DNA of 64,000 nucleotides. It comes from Ministeria vibrans ATCC 50519 (lineage: Eukaryota > Protista > Filasterea). Made by a program: the position numbers and the translations under genes. The notes under the pieces were generated by a model, which saw nothing but the letters and a program-made list of their open reading frames with translations, was not told the origin of the DNA and made no database searches. How positions within the stretch are numbered: the stretch's first letter is position 1; every line of letters begins with the position of its first letter. Below, piece by piece: positions 26,755-36,032 of the stretch. Location of the stretch: positions 1-64,000 of the forward strand of contig CALSCP010002362.1 of assembly GCA_943704425.1 (NCBI GenBank). The letters are read 5' to 3'.

Positions 26755-27206
26755 CTATCTCAAACCTTCTACAGACAAACCTTTCGCTTTAGCACTCGTC
26801 AACCAAAAATCTCTTCTTACTTGCACAGTGATTGTCGAGAGATGGCGAGAATCCCTCATTCCCTGCGTATGTAATCTCCTCCAGGTGCTCACGCAACTCT
26901 AAAATGGCTGCCGGGAGCGTCTTGAGCTTGCATTTCCCGACGTCCAGAAGCTTCGTCCAGAACAAAAAAAAAAGCGCCGACTCGTGAGAAGTCCTCACCC
27001 TTCTCTCCCCCTTTCCATACCTTGAGATTATTGAACTGTCCAATCCAGTCTGGGAGCACACCAAGCGGGTTGTCTGTCAACAGCAATTCCTGTAGAGAGT
27101 CAGCAAGAACTAGAATTTCGTCCGGGAGAGAGGTGAGCTCCATATTCCTTAGGTTCAAGGAATGGGACGTCCGAGCCTCTTGAATGCGTTCCTGTAGTGA
27201 AGACAT
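26755..27206 (-). CDS. Small leucine-rich-repeat protein (3' end uncertain)
   Basis: LNLRNMELTSLPDEI, LQELLLTDNPLGVLPDWIG, LLDVGKCKLKTLPAAI; GT-AG intron near 26955-27020. Confidence 0.7.
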
Positions 27207-27448
27207 GCTTTTGTGACAAAGAAACAGAGAAAGAATGGTGTTTAACTTTTAAGTGTTTTTGAAAAAGGCTGTTCTGTTCGTTCGATCAACCCGACTGAAC
27301 CTCCTCCCCTAAGCCCCTCAGTCCCTCACCAAGATCACTTCAATTCGCCACCTAAGGCTCCCCCAACCCCCCATGTCCAACGCCTTGTCATACTTTACAC
27401 CGACGGGAACACTTTCACAGGCAGGAAACGAGCAATTTCGCTGCCGTC

Positions 27449-28414
27449 TTGAGTGCTTGTGGAGGCGGCGCGGCGGTGCGTGGTGGGTTAGGGTTCTTTT
27501 ACTGCTGCATCCTGTTCATCTGCTTCTCCTGTGACTGGAAGGCAGTGCCTCTCGGACAGATGCAGTCCTTCTCCGCGTCCCTCACCGACTCGCTGTACGA
27601 GCTTGTGCGTCTGCGTTACGGAGAGCACCGGTGTCGTCGAGCGAGGCTCACCAACCGCATGCTCACGCGGACCCAGTCGCACCCTCACGAGACAGTGGTT
27701 GTACGACGCGGTGGCGGAGAGATCGAGTTCTTCGTGCTGCTGCATGTGGCGATGGAGCTACCCACACTCGAGGTAGTCCACCGCACTCGGCACAGACACA
27801 AGCGCTACTGCGATCTGCGCACACAGATGAGCAGGGTGTCCGGGTGTGTAACGAGAGTCAACCAATGGCCGCAGCGGCTGCAGTCGACGTTGGGCTCGCT
27901 CCGTCGCGAGATATCCCTCGTCGTTATTCTTGCTCAGGGACACTTTCCTGAAGTGTTGCTCTCCTTGATTGAGATCTATACCATTGAACATCCCTTTTCC
28001 ACAACTACTTTCGCGGCCTTGCTGCCCCAGGCCATTAATTTTGGTATTACTTATATACCTGAACTCGACCTCTTTCAAGACGTCCCCTACGTCGAGCTCG
28101 TTATGAGTATTGTCCTTTTTACAGCTTCAGTTGCAGTCTGGATTCTCGAATTCTTCAATTTTTCTTCTCTGAGACTTCGAGTTATTTTTGTCAGGATCTT
28201 TTCTGCCGCGCTTGGCTACATAATGCACTCCGCAATAGCACGCCGGAGAAGTTTGCAAGACAATCAAATTCCTCCCCCTAACGGACCCGAAGATGGAGAT
28301 CCAGGTATTCAGAGTCTTGGGAAGGGATCTGCCAACACGAAGAACTCCCTGAGCTCATCCAAGGGTGGAACGGATTTCAATCCAAAATTTCGTTTGAGGA
28401 CACCTTTTAAATGA
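27449..28414 (+). other. Unassigned 321-codon open frame with hydrophobic segments in its 3' half; possibly a degraded membrane-protein gene
   Basis: Open frame starts at TTG; no recognisable motif; VELVMSIVLFTASVAVWILEFF is hydrophobic. Confidence 0.25.
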
Positions 28415-28920
28415 GTCTCGTGAGTGTGAAGAAGACGGGGGCAGACAGGTCGATGGCGGCAAGACGGACTGTGAAAGCTCCCGTTCGAGTTTCCGTCGCT
28501 TGACGGCGGGTCCCTCGTCGTCGCTCTTCTCGCTCTTCCCACTCCTGTCGGCTGTGATCATTGTGGTCGCTGTGGTCGTAAGCGTCGACGTCCGGACGTA
28601 GAGAACGGCGATGTCGCAGAGAAACCGTGCAGTGGTGGCAAATCGGTCGTCAATGTCGAGGCGCACTTCGTTCAAAACAAACAAAGCAAAACACTTCAGA
28701 TTCGCTCAGATTCGCAAAAACAAAAACACTTGAGATTGGCAAAAAACAAAACACTTGAGATTGGCAAAGCAATGTTTATTCACGCATAATCATAAACCAA
28801 GATCACCCGGTAGCACACGTCGTAGGAAATCTTGCGGGTGTTGTTATCCCTTCGCTTTGCGGCGCTGTGATCAAGAATATAACAATCGTAGAAGACTATT
28901 GCGTGAGTCTTTATTCAAAA

Positions 28921-31020
28921 TCAACAAACTTCAAGAGAGCCATAACCGGTGATGGTTGTTGTCCCGGCTGTGGCAGCTTGGAGGCTTGTTTGGAGAGACT
29001 GGCACAGGGCCAAGCGAGTGTTGCCCGTGATGCTTGTGGTGGTGCCGATGGACGTCACGGAGGAAAGGAAGTTGATGGAGACGAGCGCCGTGTCCTGGAT
29101 CTGGAGGCTGTTGTCGATTGTTTGGAGGTTGTTGAATCCCTGAACACTGGTCAGAGCAGGAAAGTTGTTCAGGCGCAGAGAATGGGCACGCGAGAGGGAG
29201 GCGAAACCGGAAAAGGAGGTCAGTGATTGGATGAGAGTGAGTCGCAGTTCACCGTCAGTGACTCGAGTGAGGTTGTTGAACGAGAGAGACGAGAACGATG
29301 TAAAAGAACTGGCGAGACCACCTGATATGGTGAAGGAGGAAGTTTGAGTGAGGGCAGGGAATGAGAGAGTGGTGAGATCACGCATTGAACCGTCCCCAGT
29401 CGCAGAAATAGAAAAGGAGGAAGTCTGAGTGAGGGCGGGGAATGACATGGACGTGAGAAAACGCATTCCGTCATGCGCAGAGGCAGAAATAGAAAAGGAG
29501 GAAGTTTGAGTGAGGGCGGGGAATGACATCGAAGTGAGACGATACATTCCCTGATGCGCAGACGCAGAAAGAGAAAAGGAGGAAGTTTGAGTGAGGGCGG
29601 GAAATGACATGGAAGTGAGACCATGCATTCCGCCGGTATTTATAGACGCAGAAATAGAAAAGGAGGAAGTTTGAGTGAGGGCGGGGAATGACATGGACGT
29701 GAGAACACGCATTCCGTAATGCGCAGAGGCAGAAATAGAAAAGGAGGAAGTCTGAGAGAGGGCGGGGAATGACATGGAAGTGAGACCAATCATTCCGCTA
29801 GCTTCAGACGCAGAAATAGAAAACCCTGAAACCGTCTCCAACAACGGAAACGAAATTGTAGTCAAAAGTCCCATTTTCTGCGGCCCATCAGCAATACTGA
29901 AATCGCCGCCAACTTGAGTCAAGTTTGCCAATCCAAGAGATGTGATAGCAGTCATGCTTTTCACATCAAGCGCACCTCCAAGGGAACTCACGCCAAGTTC
30001 GTCCAGGCTCTGCAAACTACGGCAATCGTCCAGAACAAAGTCTCCGCCAATCACAATCACCTTCTCCAGTCCCGCAAAGTCAGTCAGACCATCCATATTG
30101 GTCATTTCAAAGTTATTGGTGACGTGGGTCAGGTTCATAGAGCCAAAAGAAGTCATGCCCAAAGCAGAGAAGCCCCGCAAAGTGCCGTTGATTTGAGTCA
30201 CATTGCCCATAAAGTCGCTGAGCACAATGAAGTCAACAATGCCTGAAAGAACCACGTCGCCCGCGATAAAGTCGCACTCCTTGAGGCGCTCAAGGGATGA
30301 AGCTGAGGTAAAGACGCCGCCGGGGCAAACATTCGTGAGACATTGCTCTGTGTTACACGTGGTAGTGTCGACCAGTGACGGACAAGCGGCGCCACCATTC
30401 TGGGGATGCGTCAGAATGCTACGAAAGCGAAACTGCTCACCGCCGCCACAGCTGGCCGAGCATGAGCTCCAGTTTCCAGGAAGACCAAGAACGCAGTCCA
30501 CTGGACATCCGTGTGTGTTGCAAGAGCGCATGTCCACTAGATTCACGGAGGCGTTGCATGATAGGCCGGGTATGTCGACGGTGACATTGCGGGAGCGGTT
30601 CTGTGTACCACCGTCGCAAAGGACCGAACAAAGCGAGTAATCCGAGTATTCAGAGTACTCGCAGGTGCCGGGAGTTGGCGCCGGTGGTGTTGAAGTTGTG
30701 TTGGTCGTGTTCAGACCAGCATGGTCAAGTAGCAGAGCGGTCGTGAAGGAGAGACTCGTCAGGCTGCGGCGCAGCTCTGTGTTCTCCGCGCGCAGAGTCG
30801 CGACATCTGATTGCAGCGTGGCAATCGCGGCAATTGCAGCATGCAAATTTGTCTCCGTGGCGCCGTCCTTGAGCATGATAGTGCCGCCCGTCGCCGCCTG
30901 GAGTACGAGGTCGTTGTTGATATCGCCGACGTACGACACCCCGATTGCTTCCGCTGGCAAGTCGATGGCGCACACCTTGCCGACGAGCAACAAAACGCAC
31001 GGCACGATAGTAAGAAGCAT
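28921..31020 (-). CDS. Secreted protein A: signal peptide, cubilin-NTD-like motif plus coiled coil, 2 TSP1, receptor-L/LRR-like solenoid with 27-aa variable repeats; intronless
   Basis: MLLTIVPCVLLLVGKVCA; LQSDVATLRAENTELRRSL; WSSCSASCGGGEQFRFR...NGGAACP; CPGGVFTSASSLERLKECDFIAG; repeats of MSFPALTQTSSFSISA; no TM helix. Confidence 0.85.
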   Translation of the reverse strand: MLLTIVPCVLLLVGKVCAIDLPAEAIGVSYVGDINNDLVLQAATGGTIMLKDGATETNLHAAIAAIATLQSDVATLRAENTELRRSLTSLSFTTALLLDHAGLNTTNTTSTPPAPTPGTCEYSEYSDYSLCSVLCDGGTQNRSRNVTVDIPGLSCNASVNLVDMRSCNTHGCPVDCVLGLPGNWSSCSASCGGGEQFRFRSILTHPQNGGAACPSLVDTTTCNTEQCLTNVCPGGVFTSASSLERLKECDFIAGDVVLSGIVDFIVLSDFMGNVTQINGTLRGFSALGMTSFGSMNLTHVTNNFEMTNMDGLTDFAGLEKVIVIGGDFVLDDCRSLQSLDELGVSSLGGALDVKSMTAITSLGLANLTQVGGDFSIADGPQKMGLLTTISFPLLETVSGFSISASEASGMIGLTSMSFPALSQTSSFSISASAHYGMRVLTSMSFPALTQTSSFSISASINTGGMHGLTSMSFPALTQTSSFSLSASAHQGMYRLTSMSFPALTQTSSFSISASAHDGMRFLTSMSFPALTQTSSFSISATGDGSMRDLTTLSFPALTQTSSFTISGGLASSFTSFSSLSFNNLTRVTDGELRLTLIQSLTSFSGFASLSRAHSLRLNNFPALTSVQGFNNLQTIDNSLQIQDTALVSINFLSSVTSIGTTTSITGNTRLALCQSLQTSLQAATAGTTTITGYGSLEVC
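29335..29830 (-). repeat. 81-nt (27-aa) coding tandem repeat, about 6 units (one of 84 nt)
   Basis: gaagt(t/c)tgagtgagggc.gggaatga recurs at 29339, 29420, 29501 and onward. Confidence 0.95.
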
Positions 31021-32968
31021 GATTCCCCTACTACAAGCAAATCATGAGAGAGAGCCACAAGTTGCGAAACAAAAATCAACAGCGCCTTCTCACACACCCG
31101 CTAGTTCGAAACGGTCTCAAATTATACTAGCAATGATGGGCCACAGACTTGAATAGTTTACAAACAAAGGAAAGAGGGAAGAAAGGTTGGGATCAAGTGA
31201 GGTGACAAGCAAGAAGGCTGAAGAAGAAAACTCGGTCCCATTGAACCTACCGCACTTCAACAAGTGCCACTGTCCACTGACCACATATGAGACATACCCC
31301 AAGCAGAAGCGATGAATGAACGTAGAATTCCAGGCGGCACGAACGAAATGGAGAAAAGCAGAATGGAAGCAGAATGTCGAAAAGTCGCAAGACGTCGCCT
31401 CCGCCTGGCAAAAGGCTATTTTCGCATTCGCCCGCCACCAACGCGTCACGCGAGGTTGAGGGATTGGTCGCGTCCTTGAATGAGCGCACATCTTTTGACG
31501 AAAGTTGCGTTTTCAGCATAAAGGAAGGAATAAAACCCATCCCCAGCAACTGACGACCACCATCGTCAAAGTCAGAGATACACACACCCGTCACTTACAA
31601 CAGTGGGTGGGGCGGAAGCGGTTTACTTGTGCAGAATTTGCAGAATTCACAGACGACGATTCTTTCAGCTTTATCAAAAAACAAGCGAGAGTCGCTCCCA
31701 AACAAAATCCTAAGCCTCCGGGACAAGTCGCACGCCACCATTGTAACACAAACACTATATACAAGCCCCGGCGCCATGCGGCATCGTTATTAGATGGTCG
31801 TGAATGTATTGTCGTTTCAGTTTGGCGACACCAGAGCGAAAAATTCATTCGAACAACTTCAGCGAGTCAGGGAGCAATACGGACAAGCTGAACAATGACA
31901 TGTACGCTTTGGGCTTACTGTGTGTGATAGAGTCCGCGCAGGTTCTTCAAACGTCCAGAGTTGATGAAAAAAGGAGACTCCCCAAGCCCAGAGCAGTTGA
32001 TATTTTTTACGATTCTAGCCAGGCCGCACTCTTTTTTCACCCCTCCCAATCTTCTCAGCGTGCTTCACTGTCTCACTGAAGGTAGGCGGATGTTGTGAGC
32101 GTGTGAGAGAGAGAGAATCGGGGGGTTGAAGTTTTTTTTGTTGCGATTTGAAAACCTCCGCTGGAGCGGTTCCTCTGTCCTCAGTTTTGCAACATATGTT
32201 ATATCTATCAGTGTGGAGGTGAACCTGTCGGGTTTTGGAAGCAGCGAGGCTTGTAGTGGAGCGAAAAGTTTCACACGGTTTTTTGAAGTTTTTTTTCCTT
32301 GCTTGTGCTTGTCTTTGGACAGACTGTGTGCTCAGTGTGTGGGGTTGGGAGAGCGGAATCTAACACTCAACCCAATGTTTTTTGTGTGTGGTGGTCTTTT
32401 CGAGTGGACCTGACAAAAAGCCAAAGAAGGTCCTTCGACAAAGATTTTATTGAAAAACTTGCTTACATACCGTCGCTGTGTGACTTTTTATTTGTTTGGC
32501 ACTCGTTTTCTTGTTTGTCGAAATACGCTAAAGTAACAGCGAACTCAATTTTCGTTTTTTCCCAAGGTTGAGTTATTCCGTAACGCATTCGTTGAGGCTG
32601 GATAACAAAAATTCATCAAAAATGCCCCGATTCGCATGTACTTCTGGTAAGAGTTGGCGGAGGGTTCAGTTAAGATTTCGATATATACTGTTGGCTCGTA
32701 CCAGGCGTTGTGTGGTGGACAAAGGGGATCCCTGTCACATTCCCTGCGTCGATCGGTTGTCTCTGGTTCCAATATTGGCTGTTCTTTCTTTGTTGTGTCC
32801 TATTTGATACAGTCTTTCCCTGTGGGGTAAACGCCAAAGACATTGTACAGGGGTCTTCTCGCCCAGTTCTTGGTACCTGGGTCTTGCGCGCGAATTTGTG
32901 ACTTGTTGTTGAATCTGCAAGAGTTTTCCCCTGCTTACACTCTCTGTAATCACGTAGCGAACTTTGTC

Positions 32969-35224
32969 ATGGTCGCGACTCTCCTGTTTGCGGCGACCGC
33001 GACCGCCGACAGCGACAAAGCCTTCATCGCGACTGTTGACGGGAATCTGCAGCTCAGTGCGGCACCGAACCGCTCCGTCATCGTCGAAGGTGTTGGCGAC
33101 CTGGCGGCGAACCTGACGACACTGCATGTCGGTAACGAGGAGCTGCGCACAGCCAACGACGAGCTCCGCGCAATGCTGCATGCGGTGGAGGTGAATCTGA
33201 CGCAAGTCACATCTCTTATCTCTACCGTGGCGACGCTTGTGGTGGACGTCACGGAACTGCGCGCAGAGAACACAGAATTGCGCGCAGAGAACACCGAGCT
33301 CCGTCGCAGCCTGACGAGTCTCTCGTTCACTACCACCCTGCTGCTCGACCATGTCGGACTGAACACGACCAATACGACTACACCACCGGCGCCAACTCCC
33401 GGCACTTGCGCGTATTCTGAGTACTCGGACTATTCTCTCTGCTCCGCCCTCTGTGACGGCGGTACGCAGGGCCGCTCCCGCAATGTGACCGTCGACATTC
33501 CCGGCTTGTCGTGCAATGGTACCGCCAATCTGGTGGATACTCGCTCTTGTAATACACACGCATGCGCGGTGGACTGTGTGCTTGGTGCCCCCGGCAACTG
33601 GAGCGAATGCTCGGCGACGTGTGGCGGCGGACAAAAATTTCGCTTCCGCCCCATTCTCATGCATCCCCAGAACGGTGGCGTCGCCTGTCCGTCTCTGGTT
33701 GACACGACCTCGTGCAACACACAAGTTTGCCTGACCACCATCTGCCCCGGCGGCGTCTTCACGACAGCATCTTCTCTCCAACGTCTCAAGGAGTGTGACT
33801 TTATCGCCGGCGACGTAGTTCTCTCTGGCATGGTTGATGTGATTGTCCTCAGTGACTTTATGGGCAATGTCACGCAAATTAACGGGACGCTCCGTGGATT
33901 CTCGGCGGTGGGTATCACATCATTTGGCTTGATGAACCTGACCCACATCACCAGCAACTTTGAGATGATTAATATGGACGGTCTCACTGACTTTGCAGGA
34001 CTAGAGAAAGTGGTGGTGATTGGTGGAGATTTTATCTTGGATGACTGTCGCTCTTTGGTTAATATCACCGGCCTTGGAGTGACATCTATTGGAGGCAAGT
34101 TGGATGTAAAAAACATGCCGGCGATGACCACACTTGGACTGGCGAATCTGACGGAGATCGCCGGTGACTTTACGCTCTCGGACGGGCCACAAAAAATGGA
34201 ACTTCTTGTGTCCATTGCTTTCAGCCGGCTGAGCACGACCTCGGGCTTTTCTATAACTATTTCGTTCACGCGTGGAATGGAGTTGCTCGCAGTCATGTCG
34301 TTCCCTGCCCTCACTTCGACTTCGTCCTTTACCATTAATGTGGGGGGTTCAGGACTATATGTACTTACAACCATTTCTTTCCCCGTTCTCATGTCAACGT
34401 CGGCCTTCATTATTTATGCTGGAAGTTCAGGAATGGCGGATCTCACAACCATCTCGTTCCCTGACCTCGTGTCAACGTCATCCTTTTCCATTTCTACCAG
34501 TTCAGGAGGAATGGCACAACTCACAACCATGTCGTTCCCTGTCCTCATGTCAACGTCATCCTTTTCCATCTCCTCCACGCATATTGGCGGAATGCAGCGA
34601 CTCGCAACAATATCTTTCCCTGCTCTCTCATCAACGTCGTCATTTTCCATTTCCGCGGGGGAAACTACCTCAATGATGGTTCTCACAACCATCTCGTTTC
34701 CTGTTCTAACGTCAACATCGACTTTTTCCATTTCTGCGACCGTAAGTTCTAGTATGCCAGCTCTCTCAACCCTATATTTCCCTGCCCTCTCATCAGCTGC
34801 ATCCTTCTCCATTGCTTCTTCTGCAACTGCCCCCGTTTTCCCTTCCCTTCTAAGCCTTTTTTCATTCAACAATCTCACACGGGTGTCCGACGGACAACTT
34901 TTTCTCTCTCGATGCGATTCTCTCACTTCCATTTCCGGCTTTACGTCACTCTCACGCGCCCATTCGCTCCGAATGGAATATCTCCCTGCCCTGACCACCA
35001 TCCAAGCACTCACCTCTCTGCAAACAATCGACAACAGTCTGATTGTTCAAAACACCGCCCTTGCCTCGGTCGACTTTCTCTCCTCTGTGACATCTATCGG
35101 CACGACCACATCGATCACGAGCAACTCTCGATTGGCTCTGTGTCAGTCGCTGCAGTCGAGCCTCCAAAGTGCGACCGCCGGGACGACGACCATCAGTGGC
35201 TACGGCTCTCTTGATGCGTGCTAG
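32969..35224 (+). CDS. Secreted protein B, divergently oriented paralog of A with a different N-terminus and about 8 more diverged repeats (an upstream signal exon is possible)
   Basis: MVATLLFAATATA-DSDKAFIATVDGNLQLSAAPNRSVIVEG; long heptad region; TSP1 and L-domain core closely similar to A; ends GYGSLDAC* versus GYGSLEVC*. Confidence 0.85.
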   Translation: MVATLLFAATATADSDKAFIATVDGNLQLSAAPNRSVIVEGVGDLAANLTTLHVGNEELRTANDELRAMLHAVEVNLTQVTSLISTVATLVVDVTELRAENTELRAENTELRRSLTSLSFTTTLLLDHVGLNTTNTTTPPAPTPGTCAYSEYSDYSLCSALCDGGTQGRSRNVTVDIPGLSCNGTANLVDTRSCNTHACAVDCVLGAPGNWSECSATCGGGQKFRFRPILMHPQNGGVACPSLVDTTSCNTQVCLTTICPGGVFTTASSLQRLKECDFIAGDVVLSGMVDVIVLSDFMGNVTQINGTLRGFSAVGITSFGLMNLTHITSNFEMINMDGLTDFAGLEKVVVIGGDFILDDCRSLVNITGLGVTSIGGKLDVKNMPAMTTLGLANLTEIAGDFTLSDGPQKMELLVSIAFSRLSTTSGFSITISFTRGMELLAVMSFPALTSTSSFTINVGGSGLYVLTTISFPVLMSTSAFIIYAGSSGMADLTTISFPDLVSTSSFSISTSSGGMAQLTTMSFPVLMSTSSFSISSTHIGGMQRLATISFPALSSTSSFSISAGETTSMMVLTTISFPVLTSTSTFSISATVSSSMPALSTLYFPALSSAASFSIASSATAPVFPSLLSLFSFNNLTRVSDGQLFLSRCDSLTSISGFTSLSRAHSLRMEYLPALTTIQALTSLQTIDNSLIVQNTALASVDFLSSVTSIGTTTSITSNSRLALCQSLQSSLQSATAGTTTISGYGSLDAC

Positions 35225-35532
35225 GGATTATGGGGTTTATTAAAGTTTTCGAGTCGTTTTCTGCGTTTAGTCAAGGTAGTGTCGACATGCGGCAATGTTG
35301 ATGTTGTCAAAACAGCAGTGGTCGTAGGTGACGATGAAGTTGTTCTTCTTCTTGTGTGTGTGGACAGGGATCGCAAGAAGAAGAGAGGGCGAGTATGGCG
35401 TTGGGGTAAGGTCGAGTTGGTGCCGGAATCGAAAGTGAGGTCTAGAGCCGGAATAGTTGCGAGTATACGAAGCAGAAAAATTACCCACTCCTGTGCTTCA
35501 AAAGATCGTATTGGTGTAATCTAATAAAATTA

Positions 35533-35870
35533 CTACACCTTCATTGCCCCCCTCTTCGTTCCTTCCACCCCTAAAGTAGGTCTCTGCTCAAACTCGAGCA
35601 GCTCAACGCCGAGATCACGAATATTCGCGCTTGGGATCAACGCACTCAATCTTTCCTCAAGAACCGCAAACGAGGGCCGATCTGCCGCTTCTCCACTCCA
35701 GCACGTTATCAAAATCAAAAACACATTCTGCAGACAAGTCAATAAATGTCAGCCACAACAATCAACAACAACAGTCAATCAATGTCAGCCACAACAATCA
35801 AAACACTACCAAACACTGATTTTTGGACACCCAGGTGGCAAGCAGTGGGAAGACGCCTTATCTGCTTTGT
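35533..35870 (-). other. Tandem duplicate of the GPCR-kinase 3' end: intact second terminal exon (35727-35533) plus a relic of the penultimate exon
   Basis: NVFLILITCWSGEAADRPSFAVLEERLSALI...RDLGVELLEFEQR...MKV* parallels 36224-36033; upstream LPPGCPK relic is followed by atcagt instead of the gtcagt donor. Confidence 0.8.
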
Positions 35871-36032
35871 GATATACTTTAACGAGTAGGAAAAGAGTTT
35901 TCAACAAAATACAGCGCAAAGAAAGGGGATAATTCTTAGACTAAAGCAGACCAACAGCAACCAATAATACCTCATGAAACCCATCAAACCCGGTTCTGAT
36001 CTTTAACAAAATTCCATCAAGGGACCTTTTAC

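Noticed and set aside
28355-28770. Short ORF with NLS-like PAVKRRKL and three ~25-nt aaacacttgagattggc repeats
   Set aside because: No ATG-led gene model or family motif; probably decayed sequence.
29335-29830. Repeat-plus-variable-spacer pattern resembling a CRISPR array
   Set aside because: Units are in-frame codon multiples within a eukaryotic CDS; no cas genes.
31021-32968. Long spacer between the inverted paralogs as a possible transposon
   Set aside because: No terminal repeats, target-site duplication or transposase/RT motifs seen.
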